Both the position numbers and the translations under genes were made by a program. Positions 48,809 through 58,411 of a DNA stretch of 64,000 nt are shown piece by piece. The notes under the pieces were generated by a model. The model worked only from the letters and a program-made list of their open reading frames with translations, searched no databases and was not told the DNA's origin. Numbering within the stretch: the first letter of the stretch is position 1; each line of letters starts with the position of its first letter. The DNA lies in assembly GCA_030650605.1 (NCBI GenBank), contig JAUSDP010000020.1, positions 83,282 to 147,281 of the forward strand, given 5' to 3'. This DNA is from a bacterium. Its GTDB lineage: Bacteria; Patescibacteriota; Minisyncoccia; Phycocordibacterales; Zambryskibacteraceae.

Positions 48809-51553
48809 ATGAGTGATTTTCGCTTTATTGAAAATGAAAGTGAACTAAAGAATCAGGACTTTGTTCTCGATGTAAGACCATGGGGAACTCGCGTCGCGGA
48901 CTCAATGACTCGACCGGAAATCCACGCGAGGTGGATGATTGGACTCGCGTTAGGAGCTGTCGTCTTCGCCCCTTTTTGGTTGCTATTCTTAATTCTCATT
49001 TTAGTGCTGCATCTTGTTTTCATTAGCACCCCGCAAATGTCGCCATTACGCTATGCGAAAGACCTTGGCGGCCGAGATCCTTCAAATATCGTTGATCCCA
49101 ATAATCCTACTTGGGGTAAGGCCAATGGAATCTGGTATGTCGGTACCGAGCGATCACTATTTCCATGGAAAGCAGGTAGAGAGTTATGGCTTTCAGATTC
49201 GGATATCGGAACCCACATGCTCACAATGGGCACAACCGGCTCTGGTAAAACACAAGCGTTACTTTCATGGAATTTCAATGCCCTTTGTTGGGGATCAGGA
49301 TTCTCATATACAGATGGGAAAGCCGACAACGAATTGATTATCAAGATTTGGACGATGTTACGACGCTTCGGTCGTGAGGATGATTTCCTGATCATCAATT
49401 ATCTTACCGGTGGAGCAGATCCGTTTTCGGATAAAAGCGTGAAAAGAAAACGTCGATCAAATAAGGCGAATATGTTTGCCGATGCACCAATGGATTTTTT
49501 GTCAGAGTTATTGACCTCGATGCTCGCAAAAGCCGAAGGCGATGGTGCCACCTGGCAGGCCAAGGCGATCAATATGATGAAGGCCGTCGTCCGTGTCTGT
49601 TGTTACCTACGCGCTGAAGGAAAAATTGAGGTGTCTGTTCAAACCTTGCGTGATCATATGCAACTTGGGAAGCTCGAAGAATTATACGTCAAGGGTGAAA
49701 AAGGATTAATTCCGGAAACAGCATTTTCGGCGATTCGATCTTATCTTCTAACAGGTATCTCTTGGTCTCCAGATAAGTACAAAGCGGGAAAGCCGCAAGC
49801 AAACGAAGTCCAAACACAACACGGATATTTAACCAATCAATTTCTGGCGCCTTTGTCAATGCTGGCTGATACCTATGGCCATATATTTGCCGATCCATTT
49901 CCTGAGGTTGATATGGGAGATGTGATGTTACGCCGCCGCATTCTGGTTAACGCCATACCTACCTTAGAAAAATCTCCGCAGGAAGCTGCAAACCTTGGAA
50001 AACTAATCGTCGGCGCAATGAAACTGATGATGGGTAAAAATCTTGGTTCTGAGGTGGAGGGAACGTATCGATCAACAATAAAAAATAAAGCAACAAATGC
50101 TCGATCACGTTATCCCATTACTTTGGATGAGTTGGGATATTACTTTGCGCCAGGTCTCGATCTAATTTTTGCACAAGCCCGATCATTGAAATTTTCAATG
50201 TGTGCTGCCGGTCAGGATTTTGCGGCTATGAAAAAGGAAGGCGGCGAAGAAGTGATTTCGATGATTGGTAATTCAAAAGTCAAATTTGCATTGGCATTAG
50301 AGGATCCTACTGAGACATTTGAGATTTATGAAAAAGCGGCGGGGCAAGCAAAAGTCGCCCAAAGTTCAGGAAGTGAAATGATCGCCGGCTCTAGCAATTG
50401 GAGCCGCCTTTTAACAAGTTCTTTGCAGGACGTAGCTCGAATTACTTTCCGTGAATTGAAGCAACTGATATCCGGGCAAGGGATCATTATTTTTCTTGAT
50501 AAAGTTGTCCGTTTCAATGCTTTCTATATTTTCTCGGATGACGATAAAAAAGGATGGATATGCCCTGCTGTACTGGATAAACACGGCATTGAATTCAAAG
50601 TTAATCGCTTTCTTCAAGTGTATAAAACTGATTTTCCGGACATGGTCGGAAAATGCAAACCTCTTGATGGAGCAAAAACTGATAAGTCCGCACAGGTGTT
50701 GCAAGTGATCTATTCGAATACGCAACCGATCTATGCGCTCGAACAGGATGCAATGATCGAGTCAATTAAAGCGGCGGCGGCGGCAATCCCCATAAAGGTG
50801 GGACCTGTCGAAAGAGGCATTGCGCTGTTTACCGCTGCAGCTGAGATTATTGAGAGAGAAGACGAACTGGCCTTGGGTCGTGCTGGTGGATCCTCGGGCG
50901 GCGGGGGACTTGGAGTGAGGCCATCAACTCCGACACCAACAGGAAACGAATCCTTAATGCCGGCGGGAGCACCGCCAGTTGTGACAAGCATTGATGAACT
51001 GTCGGCAGCTCATATCGAATCCGATGACGATATTGATCCCTTTGAGCTCATGATGGGAGAGGCTTCACCGGTGGTCGAAGTTGTTCGAACTAAAGCGATT
51101 TCAGAAAAAAGTGAAGCTGTTGTCGAAGAAGTGAATGACAGTTGGTTAAACGATACCGTCAATACCATTGTCGCAAAAACGTTAGCCGCCACTACAGCAA
51201 TTCCTAACGAACTCCATGATTCAAGCGTAACTAGTTTAGATGTTGATTCATTCATATCCGAGGCGTTCCTCCCTCCTCCATTGCCGGACATGTCTGAGGA
51301 AATCGGTATGCCACCGCCCGACCAACGCACCGAAATGAGTGAAATCGTGTTTGATATGACACAGGAAGTTAAAGAGTCAGTTAAAGCGATCGAGGCGTTG
51401 ACTGGCCAAAGAGATTCAGATTCTAGTGCAAACACTGTTGAGAAAATATTGAGTCAGACAATTAATGAATTAATTAGTAAGGAAAGCGCGAGCATTGAAA
51501 GCATAGAAATGGCATTTGCCAATCTGGAAGAAAACCTTGAAGGAAGACATTAA
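48809..51553 (+). CDS. type IV coupling protein, DotL/IcmO/TrbC-like ATPase with an acidic C-terminal tail
   Basis: N-terminal TM helix, Walker A GTTGSGKTQA, 914 aa, Asp/Glu-rich C-terminus. Confidence 0.6.
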   Translation: MSDFRFIENESELKNQDFVLDVRPWGTRVADSMTRPEIHARWMIGLALGAVVFAPFWLLFLILILVLHLVFISTPQMSPLRYAKDLGGRDPSNIVDPNNPTWGKANGIWYVGTERSLFPWKAGRELWLSDSDIGTHMLTMGTTGSGKTQALLSWNFNALCWGSGFSYTDGKADNELIIKIWTMLRRFGREDDFLIINYLTGGADPFSDKSVKRKRRSNKANMFADAPMDFLSELLTSMLAKAEGDGATWQAKAINMMKAVVRVCCYLRAEGKIEVSVQTLRDHMQLGKLEELYVKGEKGLIPETAFSAIRSYLLTGISWSPDKYKAGKPQANEVQTQHGYLTNQFLAPLSMLADTYGHIFADPFPEVDMGDVMLRRRILVNAIPTLEKSPQEAANLGKLIVGAMKLMMGKNLGSEVEGTYRSTIKNKATNARSRYPITLDELGYYFAPGLDLIFAQARSLKFSMCAAGQDFAAMKKEGGEEVISMIGNSKVKFALALEDPTETFEIYEKAAGQAKVAQSSGSEMIAGSSNWSRLLTSSLQDVARITFRELKQLISGQGIIIFLDKVVRFNAFYIFSDDDKKGWICPAVLDKHGIEFKVNRFLQVYKTDFPDMVGKCKPLDGAKTDKSAQVLQVIYSNTQPIYALEQDAMIESIKAAAAAIPIKVGPVERGIALFTAAAEIIEREDELALGRAGGSSGGGGLGVRPSTPTPTGNESLMPAGAPPVVTSIDELSAAHIESDDDIDPFELMMGEASPVVEVVRTKAISEKSEAVVEEVNDSWLNDTVNTIVAKTLAATTAIPNELHDSSVTSLDVDSFISEAFLPPPLPDMSEEIGMPPPDQRTEMSEIVFDMTQEVKESVKAIEALTGQRDSDSSANTVEKILSQTINELISKESASIESIEMAFANLEENLEGRH

Positions 51554-52089
51554 TGCTAAGCCGGCGCGATTTTGTGAAAGGTCTTGCTTTGGGTGTTGCA
51601 GCAGTCACTAGCGGAACTGCTTTTTCACAACAAACAGTGCTAACCCCTTACGCGCTAGATATGCAGAGAAGAGGCGAGCGATTCTTGCTCGATTTACGTA
51701 CAACCGATGGACTCAAGGCGGCTGCGTGGTTACTCAGAGACATCCAGGCCGGCAACGTAATTGGACGACCAAATACGGACACGCTACGTCTTGCAGCTTG
51801 GGCGCAGGCGGCGCTTGCGGCACAAGGGGCACATTCAGTATTTGATATTCACTCGGGTCTGCGCACGCTATCAACTAACCTCAAAACTGAGGGGCATCAT
51901 CAGAATTCGAGACATTTACCTAATCTAGCCATGGTTTTTTCTGCTATCGATTTGAATCCGATCGGGATTAACAAGGAATATTTCGGAAACCTGATTGCAC
52001 AGCCAAAATTTGGTGGTGTTGGTTGGTATTCAACACATATTCATTTCGATGTGCGCGAGCGGCCTACCTATTGGCGTAAAGGAGTGTGA
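51553..52089 (+). CDS. TAT-exported DUF882/peptidase M15A (YcbK-like) putative peptidoglycan peptidase
   Basis: Twin-arginine signal SRRDFVKGLALGVAAV; HSGLR ... HIHFDV zinc-ligand pattern; ATGA overlap with the coupling-protein gene. Confidence 0.5.
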   Translation: MLSRRDFVKGLALGVAAVTSGTAFSQQTVLTPYALDMQRRGERFLLDLRTTDGLKAAAWLLRDIQAGNVIGRPNTDTLRLAAWAQAALAAQGAHSVFDIHSGLRTLSTNLKTEGHHQNSRHLPNLAMVFSAIDLNPIGINKEYFGNLIAQPKFGGVGWYSTHIHFDVRERPTYWRKGV

Positions 52090-52171
52090 TGTGGTCATAG
52101 GAAGTCTGTCAATCCAAAAGGCTAAATAGCAATAACGATCGATTTATTAAATACGGAAATGGAGCATTACC

Positions 52172-53350
52172 ATGGGAATCAATATTAAAGCTGATGAAGT
52201 GATGGCGGGGTCTGAAGCATTAGCTATTCATTCGAAAGAGCAAAGCAAAAAAAATATTTCAGCTTTCGTGTCCGTCGAAAATATAAGCCCAACTAAGGCT
52301 AAAGAGATGTTGGATAGAAATAGCATTTCTGAAAAAGTGTTGAATTCGTTACCTCCAGGCCCTCTTGCTTTGGGGCATTTTGATATGAGTGGTTTGGAAG
52401 CTCAAATTACAGAAAGAATTCGAGTTTCGAACGACGAAACTTATGAATCCGTCATAAAGAAAATAATGGCTTCTATTATGAAGATGCTGAAGATTGTTCG
52501 AAATTTTCTTTTTGGTTCTGAAACAGGACTACACCAACTTAACGATGAGGAGTTTATTGGCAATAAGGAAAATGTAGACACGTTTGCCGACAAACTCAAC
52601 GAGTTGGTTGCGGGATTGGTGAGTCCATACGAGATCAACCACCTTACTGAATTAAATGATCCACAAAGCATGCTGGTTTCATTCCAATCCAATGTCCATG
52701 CAAAAGTGTCTTCGTTTGTAGTCGCCAATTCACACATGAAAGTCGTCTCCGAAATCTTCAATAAAAGATGGATGCCCATAGTGAATGAGATGGGTTTAAA
52801 TAAAGACATGTCACTTGGACAAATAACCGAGTTTCTAAAAAACATTAGCCCGGAACATCTGAATAAGCTTGATTCAGATGGAGAGTTGAGAGCCTGCCTT
52901 CGGCATTTGCCACAAATTGAGAGAAATCTTAAATCTCATTTAGAAAGTTTGGCTGTCACCATTGCTGCTTATGCGCAACATGATGAGAAGACAATTAATG
53001 CTAAAGTTGTCGAAAATACACTTATAAAGTCTGGTTTATCTATTCGTGATGTTGCCAATAGTGCAAATCAATTGAGAAGTAATGTCGCGGTTGATGTTTT
53101 ACGTGCGGCCGCAGAGGCTTTGCAAGAAAAAGACGCTGTCTCGTACGACGCCAGTGGAATGGATGCAATGCTGCGCTCGGTGATACCTCCAGCTGTTGAA
53201 AAATCAGCAGAACCTTCGGACTCTACAAAAGGGAAAAAAGAAGCGGAACTAATGGAGGCAGAATTGGATAACATTGCTAACCGCCGTCATAGAAACGAAG
53301 TTTCAAGCAAAACTGATGAGGACAGTAGTTTTTCTGTCCAACCTGCATAA
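52172..53350 (+). CDS. hypothetical helical protein (candidate T4BSS substrate)
   Basis: 392-aa AT-rich gene with no membrane or signal features; downstream of the coupling-protein gene. Confidence 0.35.
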   Translation: MGINIKADEVMAGSEALAIHSKEQSKKNISAFVSVENISPTKAKEMLDRNSISEKVLNSLPPGPLALGHFDMSGLEAQITERIRVSNDETYESVIKKIMASIMKMLKIVRNFLFGSETGLHQLNDEEFIGNKENVDTFADKLNELVAGLVSPYEINHLTELNDPQSMLVSFQSNVHAKVSSFVVANSHMKVVSEIFNKRWMPIVNEMGLNKDMSLGQITEFLKNISPEHLNKLDSDGELRACLRHLPQIERNLKSHLESLAVTIAAYAQHDEKTINAKVVENTLIKSGLSIRDVANSANQLRSNVAVDVLRAAAEALQEKDAVSYDASGMDAMLRSVIPPAVEKSAEPSDSTKGKKEAELMEAELDNIANRRHRNEVSSKTDEDSSFSVQPA

Positions 53351-53517
53351 CTGTTTTTGATCAATTTCGAATCAATAATAAATAACTAATTTCTGCATTT
53401 TTGTAAAGTTATAACTTTTTAGTTTAATGGCTACTATATCGATACATTTTCTTACGATTTCATGAGAAAAAGTAATGTATCATTCAATTTAATTCAGTAG
53501 AGTGCCCACAAGATCAA

Positions 53518-54132
53518 ATGAAAACAAAATCACCAGAATTTACACACGGCGCGCGCGTTGATGCAATCAGCGGTGCCGAGGTTGAAGAGTTCAAAGCAAG
53601 CCACGGATTAACCGTAGCTGAGGCTTGCTCAATCTTAGGTATTTCGACGCCTCAAAAATATGCAGTAACTGTACGAAAACCAGCCGAGGACATGAACTTT
53701 GCATTGGCATTATTAATGCGGTTTTACTCTCTTAAGCCTGATATGGTGCCAAAAGCGCATCCAATGGAGCTAGCAGATGCATATGAAATGTTTAAAAAAA
53801 TCATAGGTCCAAAATTTGACGAATCAATTTTTGGACAATTGTTTGGGCGAACTCCTGGATCAGGTTATCGTTGGTTGCGCAGCAAAAATAGTCGAGCGAC
53901 GCCACAAGTAACTAGGTTACTCGATCGTCTTTCTGCGCTTCGGCAGATGGGGATGTCGGACGAAGAGGTAGTTTCCTTTTGGTTGTCTTTCGTCAGACAG
54001 GAATACCAGGCTAAAGGGAGAATTTTTCTTCTTGATAGAGAGAAGAAAGTAAAAGTCGCGAAAGAAACGGTAAAAATTCACCGAACAAAAGCCATACCGA
54101 CTTCGAAGAAGAAAGAGGGGAAAAATGACTGA
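53518..54132 (+). CDS. hypothetical protein
   Basis: ORF with coding composition; 204 aa. Confidence 0.3.
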   Translation: MKTKSPEFTHGARVDAISGAEVEEFKASHGLTVAEACSILGISTPQKYAVTVRKPAEDMNFALALLMRFYSLKPDMVPKAHPMELADAYEMFKKIIGPKFDESIFGQLFGRTPGSGYRWLRSKNSRATPQVTRLLDRLSALRQMGMSDEEVVSFWLSFVRQEYQAKGRIFLLDREKKVKVAKETVKIHRTKAIPTSKKKEGKND

Positions 54133-54769
54133 TATTCCGTTGAAACGAAAGGCAAAGGGGCTCATTGAGGTAACTTCCTTCGCATTTTTGAGTAGTCCGC
54201 CAAAAAATGGAGTGATGAAACTCTCTGATTGCAAAATGCCGCTTAAGCACCCAGTTCCTGGCTGTTTTTCCGCATTACATGGGCACCGAAATAAGCTTGA
54301 TGCAATGCAGATAGCGCGAGAATATGCGAACGAGAAGAAACTCATCCTGATTGCAGTAAATTTATATCTTCAAGTTGAACATCCTATTGTGCCTGGGGTT
54401 ACCTTTCCTGAAACTATTAAGGATAGGTCATTTATTTCCATGGCACGTATTTCCCGTACATTGGCAATCGAGGTTGCTGATCATTGGAAAAAGCGCATGG
54501 TTGAAGACTTTGGCTATTCAAAAGATGCAATTGAGTTGTTGTATGATTGGACTCGGCCAGAGGATTTTATTTCGAACTGTCCGCAGTATATCGCTGAATT
54601 GCTGGAAGAATGGAAGACATCAGTGATTGCTCATCACTCAAAGTTTTCTTTTTCCGATCGGGAAATTTCCGTGGCCACGTTCAAGCCAACGCAGTCATTA
54701 TTGACAGCAATTGAAGTCGATCCGGGATCAACGAAATACGTTCAAAAAATTGTAAATGATTTGTTTTAG
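54125..54769 (+). CDS. hypothetical protein
   Basis: 214-aa ORF overlapping the upstream stop. Confidence 0.3.
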   Translation: MTDIPLKRKAKGLIEVTSFAFLSSPPKNGVMKLSDCKMPLKHPVPGCFSALHGHRNKLDAMQIAREYANEKKLILIAVNLYLQVEHPIVPGVTFPETIKDRSFISMARISRTLAIEVADHWKKRMVEDFGYSKDAIELLYDWTRPEDFISNCPQYIAELLEEWKTSVIAHHSKFSFSDREISVATFKPTQSLLTAIEVDPGSTKYVQKIVNDLF

Positions 54770-54784
54770 AGTTCGATAAAATAG

Positions 54785-54813
54785 AAAAATGCCCTTAACT
54801 GGGCATTTTTTTT
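54785..54813. terminator. bidirectional rho-independent terminator AAAAATGCCCttaactGGGCATTTTTTTT
   Basis: Read directly. Confidence 0.65.
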
Positions 54814-54845
54814 GCAGGAGTCAAATGTACAATCCGTGACTTACT

Positions 54846-55334
54846 TTACATTCCAAAATGGATATCGTTCGAGATATCCTTATCTGATTCAAATTCACCA
54901 CATTCGAACTTATAACCCGCCCTCGCCTTCAGTTCGATTAACAGATTCAAACCTGTTTCAGTTTCACTATCAATGACTGGAAACTTCCCAAAACCTGCAC
55001 CGAACTCAGCAGCCAGTAGGTGATTAATCGCGTCACTCTCGACGGATACCACCAAAGTCCAAGGCACCGAGTCCTGATCATATTCAGGTTGATAGGCAAT
55101 AACATTTCCAGAGACTTCAAATATTTGGTCATGAATCAATTTGAAGCCTAAATATATGCTTTTATCATCCGGCTTCCTTTCCAACTCAAACCATTCACCC
55201 CAGGAATCCACTCGCTTTACCAACTTAAAGTGAGCTAATTCTGATCCCGTTACACGCGATAACGAACCACCGGCACCAGGTGCGCAAAAAATAAGTTCGT
55301 TCCAGTCCTTCGATACGTTGAGCATATTTTCCAT
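54846..55334 (-). CDS. hypothetical protein (start moved to MENMLNV; the longer ORF would include the terminator hairpin)
   Basis: AAGGAA Shine-Dalgarno before ATG at 55334; the upstream part of the listed ORF overlaps the hairpin at 55389-55415. Confidence 0.4.
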   Translation of the reverse strand: MENMLNVSKDWNELIFCAPGAGGSLSRVTGSELAHFKLVKRVDSWGEWFELERKPDDKSIYLGFKLIHDQIFEVSGNVIAYQPEYDQDSVPWTLVVSVESDAINHLLAAEFGAGFGKFPVIDSETETGLNLLIELKARAGYKFECGEFESDKDISNDIHFGM

Positions 55335-55388
55335 TCCTTGATTTCCTTGTGAATTGTCAAAAATAGCGGAGTTATCTACACTCAAATT

Positions 55389-55415
55389 AAAAAATGCCCA
55401 CTGCGGGCATTTTTT
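55389..55415. terminator. bidirectional rho-independent terminator AAAAAATGCCCactgcGGGCATTTTTT (a near-copy of the one at 54785)
   Basis: Read directly. Confidence 0.65.
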
Positions 55416-55428
55416 AATCAATTATTTT

Positions 55429-56079
55429 TTATAGAGCAGAAGATTTTCTTATATCGTCGTAATTACTAAAATCACGCGGCGTGATACGCCAGATCAATTT
55501 TGCTTCTCGATAGATCAGTATTTCTCCCTCGGCTGGGTCATACACCTTTAAGGCAGCCTGGATATTAGGTTTATGAGTAACAATTATCATGTCCTTCCCT
55601 ACCGCAGGAATCGTCGCAACAAGCTTTTGCAATGCTACATCGCGTCTTAGACTTTCGTTCGGACTAAATGCCATTCCTGATTCAGAAATGTCATCCGTAC
55701 TTTTGACTGGTCCGAATCCTAAATACTCGCCAGTTTCAATGGCACGGCAATAGCGGCTTGTAATCACCTGACCATCTACTTGCATGCCAGCGCGATGTAA
55801 TTGTTTTCCGATCCCTGAGGCCGCCAACCGACCGCGATCGGTAAGTAGGCGCTGATTACCACACTGTTCAAGATGATAGGGATCCGTATCTGCATCATTT
55901 GGGTCCGTGGCACCGTGACGCATAACAACAACGTATCCTCCATTCTTCAGACCTGCCATTGCTGCTGCGACCTTCTCGGCAGAGGCATGTGTAGAGTCGT
56001 TTGATGTGGCGGATACTGATGCAATGTTTTGGCACGCTGTGAGAAGCAGCGCAATTAATAGTGGGGCAAATTTTTTCAT
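55429..56079 (-). CDS. histidine phosphatase superfamily (phosphoglycerate-mutase-like) lipoprotein
   Basis: Lipobox LLTAC; RHG motif VVVMRHGATD. Confidence 0.55.
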   Translation of the reverse strand: MKKFAPLLIALLLTACQNIASVSATSNDSTHASAEKVAAAMAGLKNGGYVVVMRHGATDPNDADTDPYHLEQCGNQRLLTDRGRLAASGIGKQLHRAGMQVDGQVITSRYCRAIETGEYLGFGPVKSTDDISESGMAFSPNESLRRDVALQKLVATIPAVGKDMIIVTHKPNIQAALKVYDPAEGEILIYREAKLIWRITPRDFSNYDDIRKSSAL

Positions 56080-56123
56080 GGGAGGTCTTCCATTAGTAGG
56101 TTGAAATCAGTTTTTTATTTGTT

Positions 56124-57011
56124 TTATGTGCGATGCAAATACGTATGTACTTGTTTGTACTCCTCCACAGTTGCAGGAACTAGTTCATCAAATTTAAGTT
56201 TTTTCAGTAATTCCCTTCCTTCAGTTGACTTGTTTAACGCAAGCAATGATTCTTGCATTGCGGCCACATCTCTTTCGGACAAATTTGAATTAGCTGCCAA
56301 TAACCAGCCTGGCATCGCTCTTAACTCTTTGAAGTTTCCCCTCTTCTTCTCCTTCCAAGTCTTTAGGACTCCAGGATTGACCACGCCAAATTGATACCAA
56401 GTATCATTGACGGTTTCGGCGATCGCGTCTTGGAATTTAATGTGTCGTACGACGACCTTTTTAGTCTCGGTAGTTGGTAAAGCGGCGGTCAGTGGAAGTT
56501 CAATGATGTCACTTGCTTTTATGCCTATATCGTTAAGATAGGCATACATGAGCGCGGAGGTGAAAGTATGTTTCGGCGGTAATAGGATATCTTTTCCATA
56601 CAAATCTTTGCTGTCAGTAAATGTCATTTTTGGTGCAAAGATGATACCAGCGACATAGTCTCTTTTTGTTTTTACAATTGGGCGTACTTTCCCATCAGAG
56701 ATTTGGGCTGCACCCCTATCGATAGATTTATAGAGGGTGTAGGAGCATCCACCTTTATCCTCTTCCACCTTGAATGTCGAGATATCAACATAAGCGGCAA
56801 CACTAATTGTTTGACCATTAGCCAAATTCATTGCTTTAGCCAATGGTTCATATTCCAGGTTCAATTCTGAAACCGATTTTGAAGTTCCACCTTCATTAAT
56901 GCAAAAGATAATATTTTTCGCATTCGCATTCGCATTAGTAAATGCAATTGAACAGAAAGTTGCCATACAAATCGCTGTGACTCTTTTCTTTAACTGAGAT
57001 GCAATGAACAT
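56124..57011 (-). CDS. periplasmic substrate-binding protein, PhnD/SsuA-like
   Basis: Signal peptide; type-2 periplasmic binding-protein-like sequence pattern; 295 aa. Confidence 0.4.
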   Translation of the reverse strand: MFIASQLKKRVTAICMATFCSIAFTNANANAKNIIFCINEGGTSKSVSELNLEYEPLAKAMNLANGQTISVAAYVDISTFKVEEDKGGCSYTLYKSIDRGAAQISDGKVRPIVKTKRDYVAGIIFAPKMTFTDSKDLYGKDILLPPKHTFTSALMYAYLNDIGIKASDIIELPLTAALPTTETKKVVVRHIKFQDAIAETVNDTWYQFGVVNPGVLKTWKEKKRGNFKELRAMPGWLLAANSNLSERDVAAMQESLLALNKSTEGRELLKKLKFDELVPATVEEYKQVHTYLHRT

Positions 57012-57076
57012 ATAATTTCCTTTTTGGTTGCAAACGCAAACGGCGCTACTTCTTTTGATGTTGCGGTTGAAGAGAT

Positions 57077-58198
57077 TTATTTACCCGTGTATGTATTGTC
57101 GTTGGATGCCCTCATCGCATCTTCGGCTGAGATTTTTCCATCTTTGAATAAGCGCTGTACGTCCTCGTTTAGCGTGTGGCACTTTTCCTTCGACATTTTT
57201 GCCATTAGGGGGCGAATACTGTTGAAGTCGCGGTCACTGATGAGCTTGGCGACTTCTGAGGTGCTAGTTAGGCATTCGCTTGCGAGGTAATGAAGTTCAC
57301 CATGTATTGATGGGATCAACGCCTGGCACACCACCCCTTTAATGGTGTTGGCCATCGCTTGTGCTTGAGCTGGTGACCCGCCCAGAAGACGCAGTAATTT
57401 AAACAGTCCGAGCTCAATTGACTTTGCGTGAAGTGATGCAAATACGAGTGGCCCCGATTCAGCCAGAGCGACCGCTTCCCGCGCACATTCTTCGTCTCTG
57501 ATTTCGCCAATGACGATGACATCCGGTCTTTCGCGAAGAGCGTCTAATGCACCCAGGTAGAAGCTTTCAACGTCACCAGTGGGACCTACTTCACGCTGAG
57601 TAATGATGCATTTCCGCTGGGGGACAATAAGTTCGATAGGATCTTCAATCATGACAATATGACCGGGTCGAGTTTTATTGATTTCGTCGACCATTGACGA
57701 AATGGTTGTGGATTTGCCCTGGCAAGTGTCGCCAATGATGAGGACTAGACCTTGAGTCAATTTTGTAAACGCAAGAGCGTTCTGTCTTAATCCCAGTGTT
57801 TCTATCGCTGGCGGTTCCCCTGGAAAACGACGAATAACAGCGCCGTATTTGCTGCGACCATGATAGGTAAAGCAGTTGCATCGGATTCTTGTGTTCGTCA
57901 AATTGATGGCCTTGTCAAAGGCTCTTAACTTGATTTTTTCTTTCCAATCAACATCAAGTGAACCAAAGAATTCTTCGAGGTCGCCCGACGTCACGGGAAC
58001 GTCAGAAACAGAAATGACTTCCCTCGGAAGTTTTACTAGCAATGGGCTATCTTGCTGAATGAAAATATCACTGAAATTTAGGTCCAACTCCATAAGCCTT
58101 AGCACCTGATGCATGATCGACGTCGGCTCATCGAAATCACTGTTGATGTTGATTTTTTGTTGCTTATTACTAATGTTTTCTTTCGACATATCTATCAA
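57077..58198 (-). CDS. PilT/DotB/VirB11-family ATPase (stand-alone second DotB-like copy)
   Basis: Walker A GDTCQGKSTT, Walker B VIVIGEIRDEE and His-box ASLHA. Confidence 0.65.
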   Translation of the reverse strand: MIDMSKENISNKQQKININSDFDEPTSIMHQVLRLMELDLNFSDIFIQQDSPLLVKLPREVISVSDVPVTSGDLEEFFGSLDVDWKEKIKLRAFDKAINLTNTRIRCNCFTYHGRSKYGAVIRRFPGEPPAIETLGLRQNALAFTKLTQGLVLIIGDTCQGKSTTISSMVDEINKTRPGHIVMIEDPIELIVPQRKCIITQREVGPTGDVESFYLGALDALRERPDVIVIGEIRDEECAREAVALAESGPLVFASLHAKSIELGLFKLLRLLGGSPAQAQAMANTIKGVVCQALIPSIHGELHYLASECLTSTSEVAKLISDRDFNSIRPLMAKMSKEKCHTLNEDVQRLFKDGKISAEDAMRASNDNTYTGK

Positions 58199-58411
58199 TC
58201 TTTAGTTAGTGAGATGATCAATTTTTCGGTTAAACACGGTGTTTGTTTTTTCGTAGATAGGATAATATACGGATAGAAGAAACGGCGCAAGATTTTGCGT
58301 TGTTGCTAAGTTCAAGATAGCTATTTAGTGAATTTGTTAAAATTTGACACGGTCAAATAATAATGTATGGTGAGTGTTGATCTTGTCAGCAACCACATTT
58401 AGGAGAAGAAA

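Noticed and set aside
50731-51435. Two antisense ORFs (86 and 141 aa) in the acidic tail region of the coupling-protein gene
   Set aside because: Low-complexity Ser/Ala/Gly translation mirroring the Asp/Glu-rich sense strand
52441-52845. 134-aa antisense ORF inside 52172-53350
   Set aside because: Antisense within an AT-rich gene; such frames are common by chance
53917-54345. 142-aa and 79-aa minus-strand ORFs overlapping the 53518 and 54125 genes
   Set aside because: Overlap two co-directional plus-strand genes, whose operon ends at the 54785 terminator; no Shine-Dalgarno
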